From assembly GCA_001000865.1 (NCBI GenBank), contig LCIE01000005.1:1-52915 (forward strand): a stretch of 52,915 bases of DNA, given 5' to 3'. This stretch comes from Candidatus Collierbacteria bacterium GW2011_GWC2_44_18 (GTDB taxonomy: Bacteria > Patescibacteriota > Microgenomatia > UBA1400 > MFAQ01). The notes beneath the pieces were generated by a model that was given only the letters and a program-made list of their open reading frames with translations, was not told the DNA's origin and did no database searches. Numbering within the stretch: position 1 is the first letter of the stretch; every line of letters starts with the position of its first letter. The position numbers and the translations under genes were made by a program. Below are positions 30,405 through 40,095 of this stretch, one piece after another.

Positions 30405-31121
30405 GTGATAAAGAAGCTGTCTATCATCATGCCGGTGTACAACGAAGAGAAGTTCGTAGCGCGTGCCGTTCGCCAGGTTATGGCCGTTAGTTTTGGGAAA
30501 ATACAGAAGGAACTGATTGTTATAAACGATGGGTCAACGGATGGAACCAGTAAAGAACTCAGGAACTCAAGAAATCAAGAACTCAAGAAGGGAAATACGG
30601 TAAAAATAATTACGTTAAGAAAAAATCAGGGAAAGGGTGCGGCGATTAGAAGAGGTTTAATAGAAATCACGGGTGACGTGGTAGTGATCCAAGATGCCGA
30701 TTTGGAATATGACCCAAAAGAAATACCGATCCTGTTGAGACCAATTTCTGATGGTGACGCTGATGTCGTCTATGGGTCAAGATTTTTAGGAGACAGACCA
30801 CATCGAGTACTTTTTTTCTGGCATATGCTGGCAAACAATCTGCTGACATTGGTATCAAATATGTGTACTAATCTGAACCTAACCGATATGGAAACCGGTT
30901 ACAAGATGTTCACCAGAAAGGTTGCCGGCTCACTTGACCTAAAGGAAAACCGTTTCGGAATGGAGCCGGAGTTCACCGCCAAAATCGCCAAAATGAACGC
31001 TCGGGTCTACGAAATGGGCATTAGTTATCACGGTAGGAATTATCAGCAGGGCAAGAAAATTGGCTGGAGGGATGGCTTCCAGTCCCTCTGGTGCATTCTG
31101 AAGTACAACCTATTCGACTAG
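30405..31121 (+). CDS. Polyprenol-phosphate sugar synthase (DPM1/GtrB-like GT2)
   Basis: PVYNEE, NDGSTDGT, NQGKG, IQDADLEYDP, YGSRF, TDMETGYK, GKKIGWRDG. Confidence 0.93.
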   Translation: MIKKLSIIMPVYNEEKFVARAVRQVMAVSFGKIQKELIVINDGSTDGTSKELRNSRNQELKKGNTVKIITLRKNQGKGAAIRRGLIEITGDVVVIQDADLEYDPKEIPILLRPISDGDADVVYGSRFLGDRPHRVLFFWHMLANNLLTLVSNMCTNLNLTDMETGYKMFTRKVAGSLDLKENRFGMEPEFTAKIAKMNARVYEMGISYHGRNYQQGKKIGWRDGFQSLWCILKYNLFD

Positions 31122-31813
31122 GGTTTTTTGACTATCAGGACTAGGCTTTGGCCGAAGGGGGGGTGAAGATGTTTTTCCAGATATAGTAGGGGGACTATTA
31201 AAGAATCAAATACTTTAGCGAAAAAGTTATCCGACTTGGATGAGCCGAACATTCCCCTACCCCACCAAAGAAAATACCCTGGCCAATTGGCATAATAGAT
31301 ATGCTTGATTTTGAAGCCGGCTTTTAGTGCTTTGGTTTTCAGTTCTGTTTTTGTGTAGCGACGATAATGACCCATGGCTTCATCCATCTTTCCGTAAATC
31401 TCGGGTCTGGCCGGAACGAAGAGAAGTAGTTGTCCATCGGATGCCAACAGTTTGTAACAATTGGCAAAAGCCTGATTATCGTTTTTGATATGTTCAAAGA
31501 CGTTGGAAGAAAAAATGGTATCCATCTTTCCCATGAGTTTGATCGGAGCTTCCTTTTCAATATCTAAATTAAGAACCGGATCGGTAAAGCTTCTTTTGAG
31601 ACCCTCAAGATACTCAGGAATAATGTCGGAAAGTATTACGATGGCTTTTGACGGTAACAGCCTGGATAGCGCTCCTTGACCACTACCAATCTCCAGAATG
31701 GCTTGACCAAAAAAGTCGTCGAAATGGCTTATCAGCCAGTGATTGTAGCGGTGGAGGCCGGTAGCCTGCTCCAGGATGCGATGGCTAGCGTCGGACCACT
31801 TTTCTTTTTTCAT
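31118..31813 (-). CDS. Class I SAM-dependent methyltransferase
   Basis: LEIGSGQG, NVFEHI, D..MGHYRRY, PFGQSL. Confidence 0.9.
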   Translation of the reverse strand: MKKEKWSDASHRILEQATGLHRYNHWLISHFDDFFGQAILEIGSGQGALSRLLPSKAIVILSDIIPEYLEGLKRSFTDPVLNLDIEKEAPIKLMGKMDTIFSSNVFEHIKNDNQAFANCYKLLASDGQLLLFVPARPEIYGKMDEAMGHYRRYTKTELKTKALKAGFKIKHIYYANWPGYFLWWGRGMFGSSKSDNFFAKVFDSLIVPLLYLEKHLHPPFGQSLVLIVKKP

Positions 31814-33047
31814 AGACTAAAAATCTCACCTTAAGGAATGAAGCGAAAAGAACAAATATATTAGAGACAAAGAGGGCAATTGCCGGGGCGTTGTATCCTA
31901 ACCTGGGAATAAGCAGTAGGTCAACTACCACAATGATCGTGGTTTGAACCGCCATCATCTTGGTATAGAAAGTCAGCTGATTGAAGGCATAGACCAGAGT
32001 AGAGTTACTAATGATCGTGAACAAAAAGGGGATCATAGCCAGAATTAAATATCTGAAGACAGTGATCGACTCGAGATATTTTGGGCCATAAACTAAAGTA
32101 ATAATAGGAGCGGCGAAAAAGGAAATTAAGATCATGGAAATAGCTACTCCCGTGACCAGTAGTAATAATTTTTTGCCATAGGTGAGAATTTTTTGATTTG
32201 AATCAAAGGAAGAAAAACGAGGATTAATTACCGACCCCAGACCGGCGGCCATCATGGCAAAGAGGATGGTGATCCTGCTGGCAGCCGAGTATATTCCAGC
32301 CGCATAGCTTCCAGCGAGAAGATTTAATAAAATAATATCAACACGAGAAATCATGACCGTAAAGATACGCGAAACCGCTATCCACTTGGCAAAGTGAAAG
32401 ATATCCCAAAATGGTTTTTTGAAAAAATCGAACTCGATCGAGTAAAGCTCTTTCCCAAAGGTAATTAATAAGGCAATTAAGGTGGAAATAATATTGGCCA
32501 TCAATGCAGTGCCTATGGAGAGGTTTCCCATGGAAAAAATAAAAAACACGATTACGATCTTGATGCCGGAATCCAATATTTGACTCGCTGAGTATGACCA
32601 AAACTTTCGGCCGGCAGTAAAAATACCTTGGGTGTAGATGATCAGTAGATAGTTAAAGGAGATAACTCCGGTCAAGAGCATATCCGTACTCAGTGACCCC
32701 GGAACGATGATTTGGTGGAAATATGAAAAAATACCGAATAACGAAAGAATAAAACAGCCGATAACAAATTCCATCCAAAAACTGGTAGAAAGATATTGAT
32801 ACCGCTCGGAAACCTTTTTGGGTAAAAAGTTTATTAAAGAGTTCGATATCCCCATATCCCCCAGGCTATAGACAATAGCGGCGAGGGCGGTGAGGGCGGA
32901 GTAGACCCCGAAGTTTACCGGGCCGAGACTGCGGGCCAGGAGAATGGTAAATACAAAACCTATGGTCGCGGAGGCGCCAAGGCCCAGGGCCACAACAAAA
33001 GAGTCTTTGATGGTCTGAGTCTTGAGGATACTAATTATTTTCTTCAC
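31785..33047 (-). CDS. wzx: Wzx-type oligosaccharide flippase
   Basis: About 12 TMs, LARSLGP..FGVY, RVDIILL, GIYSAA. Confidence 0.85.
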   Translation of the reverse strand: MKKIISILKTQTIKDSFVVALGLGASATIGFVFTILLARSLGPVNFGVYSALTALAAIVYSLGDMGISNSLINFLPKKVSERYQYLSTSFWMEFVIGCFILSLFGIFSYFHQIIVPGSLSTDMLLTGVISFNYLLIIYTQGIFTAGRKFWSYSASQILDSGIKIVIVFFIFSMGNLSIGTALMANIISTLIALLITFGKELYSIEFDFFKKPFWDIFHFAKWIAVSRIFTVMISRVDIILLNLLAGSYAAGIYSAASRITILFAMMAAGLGSVINPRFSSFDSNQKILTYGKKLLLLVTGVAISMILISFFAAPIITLVYGPKYLESITVFRYLILAMIPFLFTIISNSTLVYAFNQLTFYTKMMAVQTTIIVVVDLLLIPRLGYNAPAIALFVSNIFVLFASFLKVRFLVYEKRKVVRR

Positions 33048-33076
33048 TTCTTTATCTTAACTCACAAAGAATATAC

Positions 33077-34081
33077 TTATTTTCGAACCTCTTTTCCATA
33101 TTTTCTTTGAAATTCGAGTACATCATGTATCATTCTTTCGTATTGAACTTTTGGATTCCACCCGGTTGCCTTTCTCACTTTTTCAGAGCTATAGAATCTA
33201 TTCGGGCCTCCATCCCCAAAGGCCTTATTAATTTCGCGAACAATGGTTAGTCCAGAAGAATTAATCATTGTTGTAAGTACATCTATTAGAGGCCTACTCT
33301 CTTCAGCACATACAATATACTCACCAGGAATTGGATTTTCTTCTGCGATTTTTATGTACGCATCAATAGCGTCCTTAACATCCAGGATTGGTCTTCTGTT
33401 AAGAAGAGGGCCTGAAGAAACAACGCCCAGTTCCTGACCACTTTTAATGATTGTAGCAACTTGTACCGCAAGATCTGGAATTAGGAAGCCTGTTCTTTGA
33501 CTGATTTCACCACTTGGACTGACTCCGGAAACCTGTCCCTGAATTACAACAAATCCTCTGAGATTATTATCTCTACATTTTTCCAAAAACTTTACAGACA
33601 TTTCTTCTTTTTGTCTGCCGTATGGTGTTACAGCGTTTCTGGGAGATGACTCGGTAACCGGATTATCTTCAGTAACAGCCAGCTCACCTTCCTTTGGATC
33701 TCCAAACTGTTCTACAGATCCAGCTACGATAATTATCGGATTATAATCTGGATCTCTTTTTCTAGCTAAAATAATTGCATCAAGTAAATTCATTACAGTC
33801 TCAACGTTTATTTTATGTCCCAACTCTTCATCTCCAGCAACCTCTTTGGGCATAGCAATACCTGCAAAATGAAAAATTGTCGATGGCATCAAGTCCCAAA
33901 TAAATTTATTTGTTGCTTCTTTATCACTGGAATCTAGTCTTTGAAGTTTTAGTTTTTGGGATAATTCCGATTCTATCTGTTTATCCGTTCCAACAACACT
34001 TTCACCCGCATTCCTGAGTAATTCCATGGCAGTGCCACCGATAAACCCGCCTCCTCCGGTAACTAGTATTTCTTTTGACAT
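33077..34081 (-). CDS. NAD-dependent epimerase/reductase, Rmd-like (GDP-4-keto-6-deoxy-mannose reductase)
   Basis: TGGGGFIG, HFAG, GSVEQFG, PYGRQK (YxxxK); directly downstream of gmd. Confidence 0.7.
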   Translation of the reverse strand: MSKEILVTGGGGFIGGTAMELLRNAGESVVGTDKQIESELSQKLKLQRLDSSDKEATNKFIWDLMPSTIFHFAGIAMPKEVAGDEELGHKINVETVMNLLDAIILARKRDPDYNPIIIVAGSVEQFGDPKEGELAVTEDNPVTESSPRNAVTPYGRQKEEMSVKFLEKCRDNNLRGFVVIQGQVSGVSPSGEISQRTGFLIPDLAVQVATIIKSGQELGVVSSGPLLNRRPILDVKDAIDAYIKIAEENPIPGEYIVCAEESRPLIDVLTTMINSSGLTIVREINKAFGDGGPNRFYSSEKVRKATGWNPKVQYERMIHDVLEFQRKYGKEVRK

Positions 34082-34085
34082 GTGG

Positions 34086-35114
34086 CTATTTTACACTATG
34101 AGACTTGAGCCATTCGAGGTCCGAATCAACCATGATCTCCATCAGCTCTTTCATGAAGACTTTGGGTTCCCAGCCAAGTTCTTTCTTAGCTAGGGAGTAA
34201 TCCCCTCTCATGTTGGTAATTTCGGTAGTTCTCAGAAGTTTTTCATTGGAAATGACGTGCTCATTCCAGTTCAGCCCGACGTGGTCAAAAGCGGCTTTAC
34301 AGGCATCCTTGATCGAGTAGTTAGTATCGGTACCGATAACATAATCTTTGGGTTTTTCCCGCTGGAGCATCAGCCACATAGCTTCGACATAGTCCTTGGC
34401 ATAGCCCCAATCACGCATGGCGTTCAAGTCTCCGAGATGAATCTTACCTTCAAAATCGACGAGGGGTTCCCCGAGCTCATTTATGGGAGGATTTATGATC
34501 CCCAACTTAATGCAGGCGACACCCATGCTGATCTTGCGGGTGACGAAGTGAAGGGAACGGCGGGGAGACTCGTGATTGAAGAGAATACCGCCACAAACAA
34601 ACATGCCGTAAGACTCGCGGTAGCAACTTACCATCATGTGGGCATAGGCTTTGGCTATACCATAAGGATTGTTGGCAAAAAGAAGTGTCGACTCATTGGC
34701 TCGTTCGACCCCCTTCACCCCGCCAAAGATTTCCCGAGAGGTGGCCTGGTAAACACGGGCTTTGGGGCAAAAGTGGCGGACAGCTTCAAAAACGCGGACC
34801 GGGCCGAGAGCGGTAACTTCGCCAGTGTAGAAGGGGTGAGACCAGGCGTCACCAGGAACAGATTGAGCCGCAATGTTATAAACCTCATCCGGCTGATATT
34901 TAATCATTACCTGGTTCAAAGATTCCTGGTCAATTAAGTCGGCTGCCTCCAGTGTTATCTTTCCTTTCAGGTGCTCGATATTTTCGTGAATCATGGAGGT
35001 GGACCGTCGAATGGTACCAACTACCAGATAGCCTTTTTCCAGAAGAAGCTCTGCCAGATATGAGCCGTCCTGAGACGAAATACCAATGATGACTGCCGTT
35101 TTTTGTTTAACCAT
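34086..35114 (-). CDS. gmd: GDP-mannose 4,6-dehydratase
   Basis: QDGSYLAELLL, YNIAAQS, GILFNHESPRR, FVTRKI, RDWGYAKDYVEAMWLMLQ. Confidence 0.97.
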   Translation of the reverse strand: MVKQKTAVIIGISSQDGSYLAELLLEKGYLVVGTIRRSTSMIHENIEHLKGKITLEAADLIDQESLNQVMIKYQPDEVYNIAAQSVPGDAWSHPFYTGEVTALGPVRVFEAVRHFCPKARVYQATSREIFGGVKGVERANESTLLFANNPYGIAKAYAHMMVSCYRESYGMFVCGGILFNHESPRRSLHFVTRKISMGVACIKLGIINPPINELGEPLVDFEGKIHLGDLNAMRDWGYAKDYVEAMWLMLQREKPKDYVIGTDTNYSIKDACKAAFDHVGLNWNEHVISNEKLLRTTEITNMRGDYSLAKKELGWEPKVFMKELMEIMVDSDLEWLKSHSVK

Positions 35115-35145
35115 ATTTTCCCATTCTACACGATAGCCGAGCAGG

Positions 35146-36639
35146 CTAGTACTTGATCAGTTCGTAGTTATTGTAGGTACGTCTATAAAGCTTGAATGGG
35201 TCGATGACTCCCGCCTCGAATTGTGAGAAGTTATGAAGATTCTCCGGGTGAAAATCAAAGAGAACAAATCTGCCGGTAGAAAAAAGCCTGTATGAAAACG
35301 GACAGCGGTCCGGAACCTGACCGTATTTATCACCGTTGTCACAGAGAGCCAGTGGATAACCACTTTCGGAAATTAAATGAGAACGTGAGAGAAAATAGTA
35401 AAGAGAAAAAGCATTTTCATACGACCCGGAAAAGATATATAAGGAGACCGGCTGTCTAATTTGTTCTTTGACAAAATTAAAAAGAGTAAGGGTCTCGGCG
35501 GATTGCGATTTTTGGATATAAATACTTCGGTCAAAAGATAGTCCGGCTAAGAGAAGAAGCAAACAAACGAGGACGGTGAGAACTCTTCGTCCTTCGACTA
35601 CAAAAGTAACGGCAAGGGCAAAAAGATAAATGATAAAGAAGTGGGTGAAGATGAGATATTCAGGTGATCTGGGGCCGCGATAGTTTCTTATTGATAAGAT
35701 TTCCAGGATAAAAACCAAGATGGCAAGAAGCGATATTTTGTCCAGTTTTTTCCGAAAGGTGTAGAAAGCAAGTGAGACGAAGACAAAGAGTGAAAAATAG
35801 AGACCGAGAGCCGAACTTCCCCACAGAATTTCGCCAAAGCGACTGGGCCAAAAAACTGTCAGGTCGGTAAGCCAGCGGACCGGAGTATAGAAACGGTATT
35901 GACCGAAAGTGGCGTAATCAAGCAAACTTTTGCTCCAAGCTAAACTATGTTGAAATTCAAAGATAATAAGAGGTAACATCCCCAGTCCAAAACCAACAAT
36001 AGATAACAAAATGGCGTGAATCTTCGGAAGTATTTTGTGGGCATGAGAAAGAAGCAAGGGCGAAAGAAGAAGGAGAGCGAGGGGCAGGGCTTGTAAATGG
36101 GCATGAAGAGCCAAAGCGATTCCGAAGCCCAAGAGCACTAAATATTTATTATGTTGGAATTTGAAATAGGCGGAAGCGCCATAAAAACTGAGGAAGACCG
36201 CAAAGGAAACCAGGGAAGTGTTTAATAAGTTAGCACTGTTTACAATCTCAGCAAAAGAGATAGCGGTGATCAAAGAAAGTACCAGACCAAAAGTTTTGCC
36301 TCTGGAGTTGATCCCGATGAGATAGGCTAGGAAGACGGAAAGAATCGACAACAAGGTAAAACCAATCCAAGGAGAAAAAATACCTGGAATGACAGCAGTA
36401 AAGAAGATAATGATGTAGTAGTACAGCGGCCCAAAATTGAAACCCCAGCTGGATGAGGGTGGGCCCAAGAGAGGCGCTCGAAGAAGGTGAATTGACTCTA
36501 AACCGATGAGAGCATCTCTGCCCTGATCGACACTGACATTAAGGCGGTCCAGGTATCCAGCGAACCTCAGGATAACTGCCAGAAGAAGAATGAAAATAAT
36601 AAAGTAATTATCTTTCATACCTTTAATCACTTTGTTCAT
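35146..36639 (-). CDS. GT-C (ArnT/PMT-like) membrane glycosyltransferase
   Basis: DQGRD, LLGPPSS..GPLYYY, multiple TMs. Confidence 0.85.
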   Translation of the reverse strand: MNKVIKGMKDNYFIIFILLLAVILRFAGYLDRLNVSVDQGRDALIGLESIHLLRAPLLGPPSSSWGFNFGPLYYYIIIFFTAVIPGIFSPWIGFTLLSILSVFLAYLIGINSRGKTFGLVLSLITAISFAEIVNSANLLNTSLVSFAVFLSFYGASAYFKFQHNKYLVLLGFGIALALHAHLQALPLALLLLSPLLLSHAHKILPKIHAILLSIVGFGLGMLPLIIFEFQHSLAWSKSLLDYATFGQYRFYTPVRWLTDLTVFWPSRFGEILWGSSALGLYFSLFVFVSLAFYTFRKKLDKISLLAILVFILEILSIRNYRGPRSPEYLIFTHFFIIYLFALAVTFVVEGRRVLTVLVCLLLLLAGLSFDRSIYIQKSQSAETLTLFNFVKEQIRQPVSLYIFSGSYENAFSLYYFLSRSHLISESGYPLALCDNGDKYGQVPDRCPFSYRLFSTGRFVLFDFHPENLHNFSQFEAGVIDPFKLYRRTYNNYELIKY

Positions 36640-36690
36640 ATAGTTAAGTTAAAACCAGATGTCGGTTTTAATATATTAATATCCCGTACC

Positions 36691-36886
36691 TGGATTGCCG
36701 CGTCATGAGTACATTCCTCGCAATGACGATAATGGACAATTGGTTTTGAGGTTGCTAGATTACGAGTATCGCAGTTTGGCTTTAACCTCACCGTCATTGC
36801 GCGATTCGTACTCGAACCAAAGCAATCCAGGATAGTTCTGGATCCCTGCCTGCCGGCAGGCAGGGCCACGCTACGCTCGCGATGAC
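36691..36886. repeat. Cluster of three GTCAT...ATCCA repeats (36691-36727, 36793-36829, 36839-36886); the last is interrupted by a 22-bp perfect palindrome (36844-36865)
   Basis: Conserved termini; the second and third copies form an inverted pair; CCCTGCCTGCCGGCAGGCAGGG is a perfect dyad. Confidence 0.9.
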
Positions 36887-36918
36887 GAAAGTGCGAAAGT
36901 CGTGTATCTTTATCATTT

Positions 36919-37857
36919 TTACAAATCCTCAAAATCATATTTTTTGCCAATGGATTCAATTTCTTTGAGGTGTTTTCTTCGATATGAAAGACGAAAGTAT
37001 TTGGCGTTGATTAAGAAATAATAGAATCCGTAGATGATGGAGGCAATAAGCCCATGTATCCCCTCTTTATATAGCTGCCAAAGAAAATATTTATAGACAA
37101 ATTCTTTGGCCGGGGCAAAGATCAGACCCCAGAAAAATGACAGGTTCGATTTATGTGGATTTTGATCAAACAGAACGAGAGCCTCTCGGGTCGAGTAGTG
37201 ATCGATTTTTCGGATGAAATCCGCAATCGTAGGGTGTGATAGGTGCACTAGATGACCCTTAAGAGTAACAACGCCTCTTATTTTGTTGAGATACCAGGAC
37301 CTGATAAGAGGTATTTTTAAAAGGTATTGACCGTACCACGAGCCGGAAGAGAGACTGGTCGCTTGAATACCGAAACCTTCTGCAGTAGAACCCGTCTGGT
37401 ATATAAAGGCTCCTTTCCGAAATAAACGAACAAAGGGTTTCTTCTTCTGGTCACTCTTGTCGAAGAACTTGCCGAATTCGTAGTTGATGAAACTGGATTG
37501 ATAGATGTCCACCTGTTTGGAGTAAGTGCCGAGAACGATAGACCGGACTTCTTCCTGTAGTGTCTCGTCCAGTCTTTCATCGGCGTCAAGAATCAAAACC
37601 CAATCATGTTCGGCCTCTGAGGCTCCCCTATTCTTATTGTTAAAGACGATACCTCTTGACTCGCCCTGGTCAAACAAGACTCGACAACCAAAGTCTTTAG
37701 CTATTTTGGCACTATTATCAGTTGTTCGATAGTCAACTACCACGATTATCTCGTCCGCAAAGTCACGAATATGCCCTAGAAAAGCCGGCAAGAACCTTTC
37801 TTCATTGAGTACAGCAGTGATGATAGTAAGGGGGAGTTTGCTAATCTTTTGTTTCAC
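36919..37857 (-). CDS. GT2 beta-glycosyltransferase (WaaE/KdtX-like); start moved to GTG 37857
   Basis: NEE, ADEIIVV, WVLILDADE, HLSH; TATAAT 6 nt before GTG 37857. Confidence 0.88.
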   Translation of the reverse strand: MKQKISKLPLTIITAVLNEERFLPAFLGHIRDFADEIIVVVDYRTTDNSAKIAKDFGCRVLFDQGESRGIVFNNKNRGASEAEHDWVLILDADERLDETLQEEVRSIVLGTYSKQVDIYQSSFINYEFGKFFDKSDQKKKPFVRLFRKGAFIYQTGSTAEGFGIQATSLSSGSWYGQYLLKIPLIRSWYLNKIRGVVTLKGHLVHLSHPTIADFIRKIDHYSTREALVLFDQNPHKSNLSFFWGLIFAPAKEFVYKYFLWQLYKEGIHGLIASIIYGFYYFLINAKYFRLSYRRKHLKEIESIGKKYDFEDL

Positions 37858-37864
37858 AAAGTTA

Positions 37865-38341
37865 TTATATAGATAATGTGACGGATTCTGACCTTTTGTA
37901 CAAGGCTCCACGAGTAGCACCTATTTTTTGGACGAAGCCTTTCTTTATAAGCTGAGAGAGGTCGTAATGGAGAGTTTTTTCGTTGACAGCCAAAAAACGT
38001 CGCCTGATCATATCAAAAGTGCACAAGGGGTGATCGGAAATGATTGCCAATAACTCCCTTCTTCTGGGTAAGAGTAAATCTTCTCGTTTTTCTTCACGGT
38101 CGGATAACGATACGATGATTGCCCCTATTTCTGAAGTTAGAGCCTCAAGGAAGTATTTAATAAAGTGGGATATTTCACGGCTACTTTCCAGTGCACGATA
38201 GTATTCTTGACGATGAGACTCAATATACTTTTCAAAGGGAATTAAACCACGGAAGCCGTAGCCAGCCAGGCTAATTTTTTGAGCTTCAAGCTTGATCAGA
38301 AGCTGATTTATTTCAGGAGATATTTCCCAGTGATAGTTCAT
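37865..38341 (-). pseudogene. Fic-family protein with C-terminal wHTH, apparently lacking the Fic core by in-frame deletion
   Basis: N-terminal helix joined directly to GYG..GL...RQEYYRAL and the wHTH (RRRELL...TLHYDL..LIKKG..G.TRG..Y); no HPFxDGNGR motif. Confidence 0.65.
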
Positions 38342-38381
38342 TAGTAAATACTAGTATATATGAGAATATGTTAGCTGAAGA

Positions 38382-39176
38382 CTAAGATATAAAATGAAAC
38401 AGTCTGTTTAGTACAAGTGCCAAACTACCTCGATTTTTTTTCAAATAAATATTCAATCCGTGTTGATAGTTTTTGTTTTTTTGCCGCGTGTCTTGGTCCG
38501 AACTGGCTCCGCCAAGGTGAAGTATCCTTACATCGGGGTCGTACAGGACCGATACACCCTTTTGGTGCAACCGATATGAAAAATCTATGTCTTCGTAATA
38601 CATAAAAAAATTCTTTTCGTCCAGCAGGCCAATCTGTTTGAACACCGAATTGTGAATAAGCATGGCAGATCCAGTAAGAAGATCCACCTGAATGGGCTCT
38701 TTTACAGAAGAACACCTTAGAAATCTTGGGCGGACAAAAAGATAGTTAAGGGGGTGTTTGAAAAAAGAGTCAAGGTAGCCGACATTGTTCTGGATTTTTC
38801 CATCAGGCTGTATTAGTTTTGGGGCGGAGACGAGATATTTACATTTCTTAGTTTCGGACAATAGTTTCAAGACGTCTTCCGTAGATACCAAGGTATCGCT
38901 ATTTAATAAAAAGAGCCACTCTCCCCTGGCTTTGGACAATCCGTAGTTGTTTCCTCCGGAAAAACCAAGATTTTTCCCGGTAAAAAAATACTGAACGTCG
39001 CTTCTCTTGGGTAGCTTATGGTGGAGAGAATCAGTGGGGCTATTGTCGACTATTATTATTTCTACTCCAAGACGGGGAACTAGCTTTTGGACTAGATTCA
39101 CAACCAGATCATCCGTTTGATAATTTATCGTGATTATACTTAGTTCAGGATTATTTTCTTTGCTTTGGGGTGACAC
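38382..39176 (-). CDS. GT2 glycosyltransferase
   Basis: IIVDNS, NLGFSGGNN, LLNSD, MYYEDID. Confidence 0.92.
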   Translation of the reverse strand: MSPQSKENNPELSIITINYQTDDLVVNLVQKLVPRLGVEIIIVDNSPTDSLHHKLPKRSDVQYFFTGKNLGFSGGNNYGLSKARGEWLFLLNSDTLVSTEDVLKLLSETKKCKYLVSAPKLIQPDGKIQNNVGYLDSFFKHPLNYLFVRPRFLRCSSVKEPIQVDLLTGSAMLIHNSVFKQIGLLDEKNFFMYYEDIDFSYRLHQKGVSVLYDPDVRILHLGGASSDQDTRQKNKNYQHGLNIYLKKNRGSLALVLNRLFHFIS

Positions 39177-39195
39177 AAGTCAATTATCCCACACT

Positions 39196-40017
39196 CTATT
39201 TCAGTTTCTTTTGGTTTGGAAGATGATTTTGTCTAGTACTAATCTTTGCTCCACTGGCTTTTTCGATTTGCTTTCGAGTATTCCCTGCAATTTCCCCGCC
39301 CTCCTTAGCGTCACCTCGAACGGGCGTAAAACCTCTTGAATCTCTTTCTTGGTGTAGCTTCGTAGTAGTCGCCTCTGCCAGCATGGTGAGAATCAGCTCC
39401 AAGTCATTCATGTGGTCGCGAATATTTTCTTTTTCGAGACCCTTGAAGTCTTTGTATTCATCAACTTTCATATCGAAGGTCCCTTGCATAATTTCGTTGG
39501 TTAAGATGGCAAATTCACGACTATTTTTGATTCCCCTATCCTTCCACTCCGTGGTCAGTTCCTGGCGGATAGCGATACCCCTAGATCTTTTTTCAATCCA
39601 CTCTTTGGAATAGCCTTTCTTTTCGTACAGATCTTTCATCCTGGCCATAGCTAACTCCGGATCGTTTATTTCATCAATTCTGTCTTTGCCAATTCTGGCC
39701 AGCCACTGTTTAAATGGCTCGGCTTTGGGTGAGGGAATGGATTGAATAATACGAAGCATGGCTGAGGTGTTCGCACAATCTGTACTTCTATTTTTTCCGT
39801 CAAGAGAGTTCAATTTCAACTGTACGATTTTCTCGTACAGTTCAGAGTACCCCTCGATACCAAGTTTAATTTTGAGATCAGACCAATATCGACGTGGCAC
39901 ACTACTTTCAGTCAAGATTGAAATCACATCTATTACAGAGAACCACCACTCTTTTTGATGCCAGACTCTTCTAACCCGCTTTCTCTCAAACAATGCTACC
40001 TCTCTGTCTTTTTTCAT
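39196..40017 (-). CDS. Bro-N domain (phage antirepressor-like) protein; start moved to MKKDRE
   Basis: VRRVW..EWWFSVIDV, YWSDLK, RIIQSIPSPKAEPFKQWLA, ELTTEW, RDHMNDLEL. Confidence 0.88.
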   Translation of the reverse strand: MKKDREVALFERKRVRRVWHQKEWWFSVIDVISILTESSVPRRYWSDLKIKLGIEGYSELYEKIVQLKLNSLDGKNRSTDCANTSAMLRIIQSIPSPKAEPFKQWLARIGKDRIDEINDPELAMARMKDLYEKKGYSKEWIEKRSRGIAIRQELTTEWKDRGIKNSREFAILTNEIMQGTFDMKVDEYKDFKGLEKENIRDHMNDLELILTMLAEATTTKLHQERDSRGFTPVRGDAKEGGEIAGNTRKQIEKASGAKISTRQNHLPNQKKLK

Positions 40018-40044
40018 AGCTAAGTCTAAATAGTAACTGTTTCT

Positions 40045-40073
40045 ATTAAATACCAAATATTACCCGAATTCAA
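40045..40073 (-). promoter_or_regulatory. Sigma70 promoter (TTGAAT-17-TTTAAT) with a TTCGG-N6-TTTGG operator
   Basis: 18-bp core identical to 21-38. Confidence 0.65.
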
Positions 40074-40095
40074 GTATTCGTGACATTTGTCTGAG

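Noticed and set aside
36636-36959. 107-aa ORF
   Set aside because: It is largely a translation of the palindromic repeat cluster (RHRERS, LPAGRQ, RHCEE) and overlaps the upstream gene; probably not a gene.
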